Assembly: GCF_000315625.1 (NCBI RefSeq)
Contig: NW_005434571.1
Span: 191,121 to 225,997 of the forward strand
Reading direction: 5' to 3'
DNA length: 34,877 nucleotides
From: Guillardia theta CCMP2712
Taxonomy: Eukaryota > Protista > Cryptophyta
Both the position numbers and the translations under genes were made by a program. The notes under the pieces are model-generated. The model was given only the letters and a program-made list of their open reading frames with translations. It was not told where the DNA came from and did no database searches. Of the stretch, positions 10,338-23,172 are shown piece after piece (position 1 is the stretch's first letter; every line of letters begins with the position of its first letter).

Positions 10338-10743
10338 GCGGCTCGTCCTGTCAACTCAGCACGCAAGAGCAGAGGAGAGAGCTCCTTCTCCACACGATCA
10401 GCTGGGCGCTCTTGCAGCTGGGGAGAAGACATGGTTGGACGGCAATCCATGAAAGGTCGGAATGTATGTAGATAGCAGGAGGAATGTGGGAGGGTCAGCG
10501 ATAGAGTCGCAGCCACCCTTGATCATCGTATTGTAAAGTCTCACATCGGATGAAGGTAAAAGGCACTCGCTCGGTAAGGCAGGGAGGATCGATGGAGACT
10601 TGAAGCATTGAGATGATGCAATGAAGGTCTTTTCACACACTTCTCGTTCCTCCCACTAGTCCACCAGCGTCTCCCCTCCTCGTGTTCATCCTCCCTTCCA
10701 TCATGTTGCCAGGATTAGCGAGTGTCCTAGCTGCAGCTGCTTC

Positions 10744-12170
10744 TTAATCCTTGAGTGCCCCGTGCGCCACTCGGGTTCCTCTTGCTGTAGCGGTGCTATA
10801 CCCGGCTCATTTCACGCGAAGCTCCTTCCTTAGAGGAGGAGGAGGAGGAGGAGGAGGAGGAGAAGAAGAAGCTCTTGATGCACTTGACAACTGAGACGAT
10901 AACCATCATGGCGCAGGCAAAGGCAAACATGACGCAGATTCCTAGCTGCTCGAAAAAGACGGTGAGTAGGAATTCTGAGGACAAGGAAGACAAGGCAGGA
11001 GGAAGGAGGACAGAGGTCTTGAGACACTCTGAGCGGTACTCACCAAGAGTTGCGCCTGCGCGTTGGACTGAACGCCATCAGCACCAAACGTGTATGCCGT
11101 AAGGTCTTGCTTGAGGCGCCACTGCCACAACGTTCAGAGAGAGGAAAGACTTATCCTGCCCTTCACCTTGCCGCCAATGCAGACCTGCGGCTGACCAGAG
11201 CCGCTCCCGCACCTGGTGGCTGACTCAGCACACCTGAACAAGCATGTCAGACGTGCCGAGGGCAGGAGGGGAGAGTTACTCTCTGCAGCCTCCATCATAG
11301 CATGTGCCATTCCAGTCGATGGCATTGCTAGTGAAGCTAAACCTGCTCGAGATTATTCATCAAGAAGACGGCCTCTATGATCGCATCATGCCACCCGTAG
11401 GTGTCTCCAGTCACAGATTCACCACAGGCACCGTAGTTGAGGAGGTTGTCTTGGATTGTCTGAGAGAGTCTGAGAAAATGCGGCCAACTGCAGGAAGATT
11501 ACCTTGCTGCAAACTTGAACGAACGTCTCAGTGCTGGTGAACAACGTCGATCCTGAGCACTTGTCTCCGATGCACTCTTGTGCTTTCGGGTTGAATGAGT
11601 TGATCTTTCCGCAAAATTTCTTTTGGTCTGTAGCAAGGATACTTGATGCCACTTCGGAGAAAATTTCTACCCTGCCATGGCTGTCAGCGACGTGCAATGT
11701 AGCAACATCGTCCACCCGTTCGCATTCTTCTGCGACTTGATAGCTACCCCCTTCTTCAAGTACGCCTCTGCCACACACCCCCCTCTGATATCTGAGCTGT
11801 ACGACTTGCACATGCTGGGGATGCGCAGCCCCTGGTACGCCTGAGAGAGGAGCTCGACTCTCTTCTTGTCGTCCGAGGCGATGGAGAGGGTAGGGGAGAA
11901 CTTGGTGAGCTCGAAATCAGCAGCACAGTACTTGCCAACTGGACAGTCGCAGTCATCCATGCACTGCACGCAGATGCCCTTTGCTTCTAGGTTCTTGTTG
12001 TCAGTCGATTTCATCCTCCAGTACACGTTGCAGATCGGGTGCGAGGTGTCGTTGCAGTCGCTGTGCTTCTGGCATGCCTTGTACGAGTCTGCAGCTGCAG
12101 GATCGGAGAGCAGGGAGAGGAGGAGGAGGAGGAGGAGGAGAGGAAGGGAGGTAGAGAGCCCTGCCTGCAT
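10744..12170 (-). CDS. Multi-exon Cys-rich type I membrane protein, unknown function
   Basis: Signal peptide MQAGLSTSLPLLLLLLLLSLLSDPAAA, then CQKHSDC...CVQCMDDCDCPVGKYC. Later exons give DWNGTCYDGGCRECAESATRC...VCIGGK and a C-terminal TM, LGICVMFAFACAMMVIVSVV. Last exon and stop are less certain. Confidence 0.7.
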
Positions 12171-12898
12171 GGCGGGTGGCGGTAGCATTCGAAACAGCAT
12201 TGCCTTGGCTAGTACAGTGTGTCCACTTCTTCGGGGGGTGGGGTAGCCGACTAGTCAAATGAATAGATAGGGAGGGGTACTTTTTGGACCTACCCCGTTA
12301 TATTGGTATCAAATACACCCGTACTTGTTCAGATTGCGACCGATACTACCCTACCGCTACACGCCATGGGTTTGACCGATGTGGCGATCGAGTGGAAGGC
12401 GCTAGCGTAGGAGAGGAGAGGAGGAGAGGAGAGGGCAGAGGAGATGAGAGGAGGGGAGTCGATGGGAGGGTAGGGGAGACGAAGGGAGGGGAGAAAGATA
12501 GACGAGACGAAAGGAGATTAGCGGGTGATTGAGGAGATTAGCGAGTGATAGAGCAGCCAGAACAGAGCAGGGTAACATAGAGCAGACGAGTATGGTGCTG
12601 AGAATGCAGATATGGGCAGGGAGAAAGAGCGAGTATGTAGAAGGATCAACTAGACGAAGCTGGGCGAGTCCATCGAGACGACAGAAACGAGGAGGCTGAT
12701 CAGAACGAGACGCTATTACTCTCTTACAGACAGCGACTACGTTAACTGCTTCAGAGCATCACGACATGTTCTTCAGCGTTCGAACCTGTTCAACAAGTCA
12801 AGCTGGACAGCACAGACAGCAGGTTGGTTGCGACCTCGTCTTGCGCGCTGCCAGAGAGCGATTCACTGACTACTGCCAGCCTCCTGGAGCGCGATGGG

Positions 12899-15800
12899 TC
12901 AGCTGCGGGGCGAAGACCTGAGATGGGGATCGAGGAGGGTACGGGATGCCGGAGGAGAGGTTCCGAGAGAGGAGACGGAGGACTTGGGGACATGAGAAAG
13001 GGCAGAAGAGGGAAGATGAGAGGGAGGGAATGAAGGAGGGGAGAGGTGGGGATAAGGGAGAGCGATAGGCAGGAGAGGAAGGGAGAGGAGGGAGGGAGGG
13101 AAGAGGAGGGGTGGGGAGGGAAAGGAAGTGGGGAGGGAGGGGAGAGGTCGAGGGTAGTTATACTTGGCAATGGCTGCAAGTTTCTTGGGGTCTGACTTGA
13201 AGTTCTTCTCGTCCATTACCTGCAGTGATGCGTGAGAACGCGAGGAAGTGAGGTAGAAGAGGGGAAGGGAAGAGAACGGAACGCAACGGAAAGGAAGGAG
13301 AAGGACAGGGAGGAAAAGGGACAGAGACAAAACAGGAGAAGGGATTGGGTGGAAAGGTAAAGGGAAGGGAAGGGAAGGGAAGGGAAGGGAAGGGAAGGGA
13401 AGGGAAGGGAAGGGAAGGGAAGGGAAGGGAAGGGAAGGGAGACCAAGACACATGATAGAAAAACAAACAGGAGCAGCAAGCCGAAAAGAAAAGAGAACAA
13501 GGAGACGCATAGAGAGGGAACATCGATGCAAGGGGGCGAGGAGGCAGAGGGTGTGTTGTGTGAGGGAGCACCTTAGCAAGGTTCTTGAGAGAAGAGGCGG
13601 TTTGGTCGAGAGCTTTGGCCTCCAGTTCCTCCTGTGAAACACAGATGTTGGGGTCGTGCTGCTACTGATGTTGGTTGATGTTGGTGTTGGTTGTGATAGC
13701 ACAAAGACAGATCGAAGTGGACAGAGGAACCAGAGTGAAAACGTGATGCATGTGATGCAGGCCTTGCTACCTTCTTCTCCGTCGACTGCTTCTTCTGATT
13801 TGCTTCCTGTGAAAGAAGATCAACAAGACCATACAAGCACAATCTCACTCACCTGTTCTGCATGTTTCTTCTGCTCATCAGCAAGTTTTTGAGCTCGCAG
13901 GTAGGCCTTCGCAATCTGAAAGATGATGAGCAGAGGGCATCAAAGGTTGAACGCGGAGGACGAACGTGTTGAGAAGTTATGCCGTGTGAGAGAGCGAATT
14001 GAAGGGTGGAAATGACAGCAATTCAGAGCGACAACGGTGATTGCAAATGATAGCAAATTCATGAATGCGTTGACAATGATCGAAGTTTCGGAGTTGATGA
14101 TGATGATGATGATGATGATAATGATGATGATGATGATGATGATGACAGTGGAAATGGAGATGGTGCTGGTGCTCACGACGTGGTAATTTGATGCGGGAAA
14201 GGAGAGAATGACAAGAGAACAGGTAAACAAGATGGAGGAAGAGAAAGGAATTTCAGCTGATCATCTCACCATTGCCATTGAAAGAGAGCTCTTATTCTCT
14301 TTCTTGGGCAGGTCAACTACCGGAGCTGAAACATGAGATGGCGCTGCGGGTCTCTGAAGCAGGAACGTCAGGTTAAAGAAAGATCAGTCGCAGGCAAAGG
14401 GGAACAAGGAACCAGGAGGAGGAGAAAACTAGGGTGAAGAGGAGGAAGGAAGGGCGCGGAGGAGAGTATAGAGAGAGAGGAGGAGGGACAGGAGGAAAGG
14501 GAGGAGGGAGAAGAAGAGGAAGTGGAGAAGAGGAGGAGGGAGAGAGAGGAGGATTGCTCCTTACCTTGATAGGAGCAGCAGGATGCACTAGCTGTTTCAG
14601 CGGGTGTGCAAGCGGCACGTGCGGGGACGGGGCAACTGGAGTGAAGTCAGAGAGATAGAGGGCCCAAACCGAGAAGAAATGAGGAAATGAGAGGAGAAGG
14701 AGAGGAGAAAAGCAAGAAAGGGAGAAGAGAAAAGACAGAGAATGCTCAGAAGCCGTAAGATCCGGGAGGGGAGGAAGAGAGTGAAGCTCGACCAGTCTTG
14801 TGTGTTGGCTTGACCACAAGAGGATGAAAGGGAAGGTGGCTTGCGGTCGAGCTAGCGTACTGTTCACAACTACCATCAGTGCTGAGGAGGAGGAGGAGGA
14901 GGAGAAGAAGGAGGAGGAGGAGGCGAGCTGAATGTAGGCCTCTTGCCTTGTGTAGTGAGCGAGGACGGGCGATCAACGGGTGTGCTCGCAGTGGTTGATT
15001 GCGGTGGTACCATGCCGGCATCCTGCAAGGAGGCGGTGAGGGAACTGAGGATATGAGGAGGGGAGGGGAAATTGAAGGGAGGAGGAGAAGGAGGAGGAGG
15101 AGGAGGAGGAGGAGGAGGAGGAGGAGGAGGAGGGGAGGAGCTGCAGCAGCGGCGGGAGGAGCAAGAGCAAGAGCAAGAGCAAGAGCAAGAGCAAGAGCAA
15201 GAGCAAGAGCACGAGCAAGAGCAAGAGCACGAGCAAGAGCAAGAGCACGAGCAAGAGCAAGAGCAAGAGCAAGAGCAAGAGCAAGAGCAAGAGCAAGAGC
15301 AAGAGCAAGAGCAAGAGCAAGAGCAAGAGCAAGAGCAAGAGCAAGAGCAAGAGCAAGAGCAAGAGCAAGAGCAAGAGCAAGAGCAAGAGCAAGAGCAAGA
15401 GCAAGAGCAAGAGCAAGAGCAAGAGCAAGAGCAAGAGCAAGAGCAGGGGCAGGAAGAGGAGGTGGTGGTGGTGGTGGCGGCGGCACAGAACGGGAGAAGG
15501 ATGATAAGATCGGAGGAAAGGAAGAAAAGGGGAAAGAGCGAAAGGGAAGGAGGAGGAAAAATGCAACTCACGGTTGTGACCTCTGATGCTGCAGATGATA
15601 GATCAACCCATTTGTTGGCTGAAGAACAGTCAGTTCACTCCTCCTCCTCCTCCTGCTTCCTTCCTCCTCCTCTTGCTCCTTTCCTCCTGCTCCTGCTCCT
15701 GCTCCTGCTCCTCCCCTCCTGCTCCTCTTCACCTGTTTCACAATCTTCGTGATCTTCTTTATCCTCATTCGTCTTTGACCTTCAACAAGCATGTCACGAG

Positions 15801-16853
15801 CATACAAGGCCCTCGACCTTCTCCCTCACCGTTGAGATTCGGCTGCCCCCAGTAAACTCCTCCTGCGTGCCTTGGATGGTGAATGACATCAGCAAGGAAC
15901 TCTGGTGACCCTGTCAAGACAGTCAAGAATATTTAGAACAATCATCACAACAAACAGATCTACGACTTGCACAACAAGGGTAAGTTGTGCTTCATACATC
16001 ATCTTTCCCAATATCATGTTTTTCATCATCATCTCATCATCATCGGAAAGTGACAGCAGCTCTACAACAATGGCTTGTTTGCAAGACGCAGGAAGGAGGG
16101 AGATGGACAGAGGAGGGAGGACAGGGGTAGCAACAAATGAGGTCATTATTAGCATTTCACCTCCTTTCGGTCTGATCGTCCCAGCCTCTCTGACCTGATA
16201 AAAAAAAAGTTAAAAAAATTCACCATAACTACAATCGTTATCATCATCATCATCTCAATCGCCACTATCCTCCTCATCCGCCCGCTCCTCCTCCTCCTCC
16301 TCCCTCTCCTCCTCCTCCTCCTCCTCGTCGTCGTCATCATTGTCGTGCATCATCGATGACTTGTATTCTCATCGAAAGAAAACATTCCAACACAGCCTCA
16401 TCAATACAGAGTCAAACAAACTTACACCACAACCCTTCTCCCGACCCCAACAACATCACATCATACAATTATAGCCATCACCAACACGAAAACATCAGCG
16501 AACAACACATCAACAGCCGTCAACACCAAATTTCTCCATCATCACCACGTCGCCGCCGATGTCGACAACGTGGTTGTTGTTCGGAACATTGTCGTCCAGA
16601 CTCGACCAGAGTCCTCCCCACAGCCTCTCTGTCTCCAGCTGCAACTGCTTCAGCTCCCGCTCCCAGCACCACCCCCAGCACACAACAAGCTCACCTCCTG
16701 CCTCCTTGGTGTGCTCGAGAGCTGCACCACTACTGCAAGAAGGCAGCACGCGGCAACAGCTGACATAGCAGCTGGGATATGCTGAAGTCATTTCCTCCCC
16801 TCCTCCATCGCAGAGTCAAGAGCAGTACCGTTCAGTCTCCTGTCCTTGAGCAT
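12899..16853 (-). CDS. Multi-exon hypothetical protein: N-terminal signal anchor, Pro-rich middle, charged helical C-terminus
   Basis: GT-AG exons give MLKDRRLNAAMSAVAACCLLAVVVQLSSTPRRQE-LETERLWGGLW..., ...IAKAYLRAQKLADEQKKHAEQ-EANQKKQSTEKK-EELEAKALDQTASSLKNLAK-VMDEKNFKSDPKKLAAIAN*. Phases at 14900-15620 are ambiguous. Confidence 0.6.
13361..13440. repeat. (AGGGA)16 microsatellite, intronic
   Basis: Perfect pentamer array. Confidence 0.95.
15159..15445. repeat. (GAGCAA)~48 microsatellite, intronic
   Basis: Hexamer array with three GAGCAC variants. Confidence 0.95.
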
Positions 16854-17854
16854 GCTTGAAGACAGCTCGGATCAGCAGGAGCTCATGAAATTCGCTGAGA
16901 TCGAATTAGAGGAGGAGGTTGCTGATCGCCCAACAAGCCATCCATCACACCATTTAGATAATGCTCTATTCTCAACATAACATCTACTAGCATAACAAGA
17001 TCATCTTCTCCCCCAAACACACAATCTGATGACATCATCCAAGCATCTACTAACATCTACTCACACCATCATCAGACATAAAACAAAGCCTCTTTGTCTC
17101 CCGGGAACAACATGTTTGACTGGCATCATATATTTGTTCCTCAGTCTCTCATTGGGAGGAAGCTTGCACGTCTGCTCTATCCTTTCCTACTTTCTCACTG
17201 CAACCACCAGATTCTCATCCTGTCTCCTTCAATCTTCTCCTAGCACAAGTGCCATGGATAGCCCAGAGGAGATAACAATTCAGGAAGACAAGGAAGAATT
17301 TTGTAAGCTGTAGAAGGGCAAGGAAAGAGGAAGGGGAGAACGACGCAGGGGCAGCGGCAGCAAGAGATCTTTCAGCATAGCCGACGAAGAAGACGTAGCG
17401 CAAGGCAGAGAGGAGGAGAATGAGGGGAACAGGGAATGAGAACGAGGAGGAGCGGGAGAGAAGGGGGGTGGGGAGGGAGGGAAGGTGGCAGTGGATGGAG
17501 GGCTAGGGGGGAGCAAGGGGAGCGAGGGGGGGTTCTAAGATCGAGACGTAGTCAAGAAGGTGTGGAAGGGAAGGGGGGGGGGGGAGGAGGAGGAGGGGAG
17601 GACGCGAACTACTCTCAGCCATCGGCATGGTGTGAAGAGTCATCTCTGAGGCAGGCTCGATGGATAGTATCCTACCTACCAAACTCAGTAAATTTTACGT
17701 AAGCGGGAGGGGTACTGAGACCCCATATTATTTTTACTTACCTGCGTGTATCAGCCACCTTGACTAGCCGTGTCAGTTAAAAGGAGAGGAAAAAACAGCA
17801 TGAGAGCGTTGGGGAGAAGAAGCATCAGTTCTTGCACATCAAGAGCAACCTGAA

Positions 17855-18085
17855 CATCTCCATCTCCATCTCCATCTCCATCTCCATCTCCATCTCCATC
17901 TCCATCTCCATCTCCATCTCCATCTCCATCTCCATCTCCATCTCCATCTCCATCTCCATCTCCATCTCCATCTCCATCTCCATCTCCATCTCCATCTCCA
18001 TCTCCATCTCCATCTCCATCTCCATCTCCATCTCCATCACAATCGCCATCATCGCCATCGCCATCGCCATCGCCATCGCCATCGC
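17855..18085. repeat. (CATCTC)30 followed by (CATCGC)n microsatellite
   Basis: Perfect hexamer array 17855-18034 grading into CATCGC units. Confidence 0.95.
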
Positions 18086-18352
18086 TGTCATCATCAACTT
18101 GGCATTATCTTCAGCCTCAATATCAGAAATAACATCGTCTGCTCTTACTCCACAACTTCCCCAAGACATCGTGCTTCCGCTACCTCGAAGAATTCATTTC
18201 CTCGAGTCTTGCAGATCGGAATTTCTCCTCAAGGCCCTCGGAACTGAAACTTCAACAAGTCGCTGAGATCGTAATGCCGCTACCCCTCCTCCTCTCCTCA
18301 TAGATCACTGGCAGTCAAAGTGTGTCTCAGCGCAGCGCAGGATCAGTCTCAG

Positions 18353-20642
18353 ATGCCTAACAGCCATGACGAAGAGGACGGTGTTAACGACAAGTCCGAA
18401 GTCCTGGAGCAGTTCAGCCACATCCACCGACGGCTGGTGGAGGAGATGCATGCTAAGCAAGCTCACTCCCTCTCTTCCTTGCTCAGCAACGTAGAGGCGA
18501 TGGACGACGATGTCGACCAGGTGCTGTCCAGCATGGACGACGAGACGCTCGCCATGCATGTCAACCCCGAGGACCGGCGGAACGTCCTGCACTACCTGGC
18601 CAAGTACAACGGACAGAAGTTTTCTGTCCTCGGAAAGATCCTGAAGCGGGTGCCCTCGTTGGCTGACGGGGCGCTGAAGGAGTCGGGGCTGCTCCCTGTA
18701 CATCTGCTGTGCAGGTACTGGGGAGAGGAGAGGAGGAGGGGAGGGGAGGGGAGGGGAGGGGACAAGAAGAGGATGGACGGAAAGAAGCAACAGAAAGGAG
18801 TTGGGGTGAAGGGGAGCAGAGCAGAGAAGAGAAGAGAAGAGAAGAGAAGAGAAGAGGAGAGGAGAGGAGAGAAGAGAAGTATGTTTACACGTGATGTTTG
18901 ATTTCTATCATCGTGATGAGGTCTGATACCTCAGCATGTGCTCACATTCTTTCAGGTACTTTCCGAATGAGACCAAGTCTCTCGACCTCCTCCTGCAGAC
19001 TTCTCCTTCCTCTGCGGCAAGGGCAGAAGCAGAAGGTGAGACAGAGGAAAGATTGTTGATGAACGAGGACAAGGACAAGGAAGGGTCAGGGTAGGAAGGA
19101 GGAAGGGATTGCATGCCAACAACAGGAATCGTGCGAGGAAGAGAGGAGTCGGAGAAACAACAAGGCCAGATGATGGCAATATCAGCATGTTGGCAGTGAT
19201 AGAGTACAAGGCTATTTTGCTTTCTACAACGTGTCCATGAAACTCCTGTCTCTTGCTGTTACCATATCAGACTTTCCTGTTGTTATCCTGCTACTACTGT
19301 TTTACATGCCGTTCAGGTTGCCTTCCGCTTCACTTTGCTTGCGCAGCTGGTGCTTCTTCCAGGGCTGTCAAGGTGAGTAAACATGTGTTTGTTTTCTTCT
19401 GTTTTGCTGTCTGTTAAACGCCCATCATCGCAGACGCTGCTTGCTTACAACCCGCAAGTACGTGACGTCGAAGCTTCTTGCTCTGCTCGTAGACATGATA
19501 CCTTTTCTGACTCTTCTCTGGCCCATAATTGCCTTCATTCTTCCTTCCCCGTTGTCTCCCTCCTTCTTTCCTCCCTCCCTCCCTCCCTCCCTCCCTCCCT
19601 CCCTCCCTCCCCTCCCTCCCTCCCTCCCTACCCGTCTCTCTCCCTCCCTCCCTCCCCCCTTCCTACTTCTTTCCACCTTGGACAATCATTGTTGCTCATC
19701 ACCTTGAGTTATCTAAGACCTCTACCACATCTCACGCGTCCTTATCCTCATGCTTTTTTATTGTTCTTCGTGTAGGCGATCACAGTACAAGACAGCGCTG
19801 GCTGGCTTCCTCTCCACTACTTTGCCTTTAGTCTGCGGGTGAGATGCATAGGAGGAGGAAGATAGAGAAGATGATGTTGCTGACAACGTGGGTCGAAGAA
19901 GCGTTGTGAAGATGTTCTCATGTGTTGTTGTTGATCATGATGATGATCTTATGACGATTTAGATTATGTTGGTGTTGACCATGATCATGGCAATAATAAG
20001 GCATCCATGATGGTGATGATGATGATGATGATGATGTGAAATGTCAATCTGATCCTGTTCCATGTTACCTTCTGCTGTTTGCGACAGCATTCATAGTTTT
20101 CATTTGTCATCTGTACGCCGGGAATCTCAAATCTGTTCTGTTGTCTCTTCCTTTTACTTCTTTGCTGTCAATCTTCAGTGATTGCAGCTTTGCAACTGAC
20201 TTACAAACACTTGCTTGACAGGGAACAGACGATGACATTGAAACATTGAGAATCCTCAGATCCTCGTGACTCAGTACTCCCATTTGTCGCTCACTCACGC
20301 CATGTTCAGGTATCCTGAAGCTGTCTTCACAACAAACTCAGAGGGGAAACTCCCTGTGGACTGTCTGGCTGAGGTAAGGAAAGCGATATCGCCGTACCAT
20401 GAAACGCACTTTTATCACCTCAGTGCATCTTCTGCTTTGTATCATGCTTCTCATGTCTTGCATGAATGTTTCATCGAGCATGTTGATTGCAAGATACCCT
20501 GATCAAGTCATTCTGATGGATATGGTTAGAACAAAGATTATGATGAATATTGTCTGCCGCTGATGCTGAGAGAATTGTTGAAAACTTTCAGAACAAGCAA
20601 GCCAACGAGGAATGTCTCAGGATTTTGTTGGAAAGCGACTGA
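18353..20642 (+). CDS. Multi-exon ankyrin-repeat protein
   Basis: Spliced exons contain RNVLHYLAKY, GLLPVHLLCR, GCLPLHFACAAG, DSAGWLPLHYFAF and NSEGKLPVDC, ending ...CLRILLESD*. Extra 5' exons (17800-18260) are possible. Confidence 0.8.
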
Positions 20643-20859
20643 TGAGCAAACCCGTCAAAAAGAGATTCGCCAGAAAGACAAGGCATGATACGATCCTTGC
20701 GGATTCCAAGAAGTCAACTTTCTGCATTGCTTGTAGTTTAGATGTACACAGAGAGTGAGCTCTTGAGGTTACAGAAAGAATGTAATACATGAATAAGAAT
20801 GAATCGTCAGTTGTCAACACCGCAGACCAATCAGCTCTCAGCGCTGACTTTTCTGTTCT

Positions 20860-22301
20860 TCAAGCTCTTGAGTGCAGGGAGTCGAGACCGTACTGCCATG
20901 AGAGCGAGTTAGAGCGCTCGAGAGCTAGACTGCTCAGATGAGGTCACCTGGAGATTTGGGGGAGGAGCAGGTACTGCATGGAGCTGAAGAAGACGCTCCC
21001 ACATTATCGGCTGTGAGAACAGGCGTTAGTCATGGCCTATCAGAGCACACCAAGAGCACAACAGAAAGCACAACAAGTGCAATATATGTGAGGATAAGAA
21101 GGGGAAGGCGGAACAAGATAAATCAAGGATATGGAAGTGGAGGATGGGAGGTTGAAAGAAGGATAGAAGGAAGCTGCTTCAGAAAGAGGAGTAAGGGAGA
21201 AGCGTCGAAGTAAGGATCAGATATTGAGTTGGCACGCATTAAACTGAACATCGAGACAAAAGAAGACGATATCAGTAGATTTCCGCACATGACAGTTGCA
21301 TTTCTTCCAGCACGAGTCTTTCTTCTGGTCTTTTGGCCTTCATCCTTCTCATAGCGTCTTGCTGCGGATAGCTCATCAATTCAGGAAACAAAAACTTGAA
21401 CGATCATAACACCAAAAATGCATGAAGATGAGAAGAGACAGGAAAAAGTGCATTTAGTGGATAGCAGCGAGAGCTGATCAAGATTCAAGAACCAAGAAAA
21501 GGAATAAGTTGAGTTAACACCAGGTATCATTACAGTTTAGGCATGAAAGAAGGAACCGCCAAGAACACATGACAGCGTTCTCAAACCTGTTCCATTAGTC
21601 TCTGCTGCTCCTGCATTTCCTCGATGTACTCAAGGTGCCTGTGGAAAGGATCAAATCCCACCTGGCAAACAATCTGTTTCCGCACATCAGCTGCTCTGTC
21701 CTGCGAACCATCTCTGCGGTTTGCTCCTCTTGCAGCTTCTTGATGACTTCTTTTGGAACCTTCCCATTACATCAGCACACGACCTCCAGGATTCTCCATA
21801 CACTGACCGCATTCTCTGCTAGAGGAGCGATCTTCTTTGCTGGCAGCATCACGTGAAACTGTTCTGTCTGCCCCGCCGACCCAAAGTCTGCTTTGATCTG
21901 CACAACAAGATCAGTGTTTGAAAAGGTGGAAGGAATGAGCAGAGCACTTGCCATGAGGGAGGAAAGAAGGGAGGAGGGAGGAGTTAAGGGAGGAGGGAAG
22001 GGAGGGGGAACGAAGGGAGGAGGGAAGAGAAAAGGGAAGAGAAAAGAAGGGAGGAGGGAGGAGAATAGAAGGGAGGAGGGAGGAGGGAGGAGGGAAGGGA
22101 AAAGAGAGAAGGGAGGAGGGAGGAGGGAAGGGAAAAGAGAGAAGGGAGGAGGGAGGAGGGAGGAGGGAGGAGGGGGGGGGGGAGAAGAGGAGGATACAAA
22201 TCTTTGAGGGAAGAATAACTTCCACTTACCTCAGGCTCTTGCACTTGCATCTTTGCCCAGACCTTTTGATGGGACTCTGGAATAGGGGTGAAGGACGGCA
22301 T
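20860..22301 (-). CDS. Multi-exon small hypothetical protein
   Basis: Phase-0 exons MPSFTPIPESHQKVWAKMQVQEPE-IKADFGSAGQTEQFHVMLPAKKIAPLAENA-VPKEVIKKLQEEQTAEM-VGFDPFHRHLEYIEEMQEQQRLMEQ-QDAMRRMK...PIMWERLLQLHAVPAPPPNLQ-YGLDSLHSRA*. Confidence 0.65.
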
Positions 22302-23172
22302 TCTTGGTGTATACAGTATGTTCACTCAGCGATATGCGAGATGAAAGCACAACAGCAAGCTGGTCGTTTGTACAGCCGCTGCAATGCCTTGCGGGCAGGA
22401 AAACACACGATTTAGAATCGTGCCCTTCTTACAGCCCACGTGCAGTGTTGAAACGACTAGGAAGAGGAGGAAGGAGAGTAGAGAGGAAGAGGGAGAGGAG
22501 AGGGAGAGGGATCTAGGGGAGAAGGGGAGAGCGGGGTTTAGCAGGAGCAGCAACCCAGCTTTTCGCCGTCGAAAAGTACGGATGGGTTCTCCACCCCCAC
22601 CTCCTCTACTACACATAGTACCCCTCTTTTCATACAACGGTCCTGACCCCTACCCTACTCTGAGTATGCAAACATCTTTCATTTTGAAACCACCGGTGCT
22701 CCGCTGGACATATATCCGTAACTTGGGAGGCTCTGTACTACCACCGCCACCCCTCCACCCTAGACCTCTCTAAAACCGGTATGTGTCGCGAGTCGCCACC
22801 CGTACCACTACCCGGCGCACCTGGTGTGAAAGTGAGTGAGTGACCGCTGACTCTGAGAGTAAATCGGGGGGTAGGTGGGGGGTGGTCGGATCCAGAGGGC
22901 TATGGGGGTCACCGGGTGTTTTATAGGGGTAGGCGATGACCGGTGGTAGACAGGCCAGTCAAAGTTTGAAGTCAGGGGTACTCGATGGGTCTCTGGTGAG
23001 GGATCACTCAACTCTCAGTACCCCTGAGGCTTCACAAGTCATATGACCGTTAAAAAGCTTCTCAGTTTACTCAAAGTTAAGTTAAAAAGCACTGCTCCTG
23101 AAAGCTCCGGAGTCCTGGCCGCGTGACTCCCGTGAAGATCCGCTCTCACTTCCATCATCACTGTGAGACATC

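Noticed and set aside
15589-15618. 11-nt microexon with 19-nt intron, and a GC-AG donor near 14947
   Set aside because: Alternative ordinary splicing solutions exist; cannot be decided without transcripts
14746-15752. Long ORFs of poly-AL/AR/EQ/CS/L
   Set aside because: Translations of an intronic (GAGCAA)n microsatellite, open in all frames
17825-18266. Poly-ME / poly-IS ORFs
   Set aside because: (CATCTC)n microsatellite artefact
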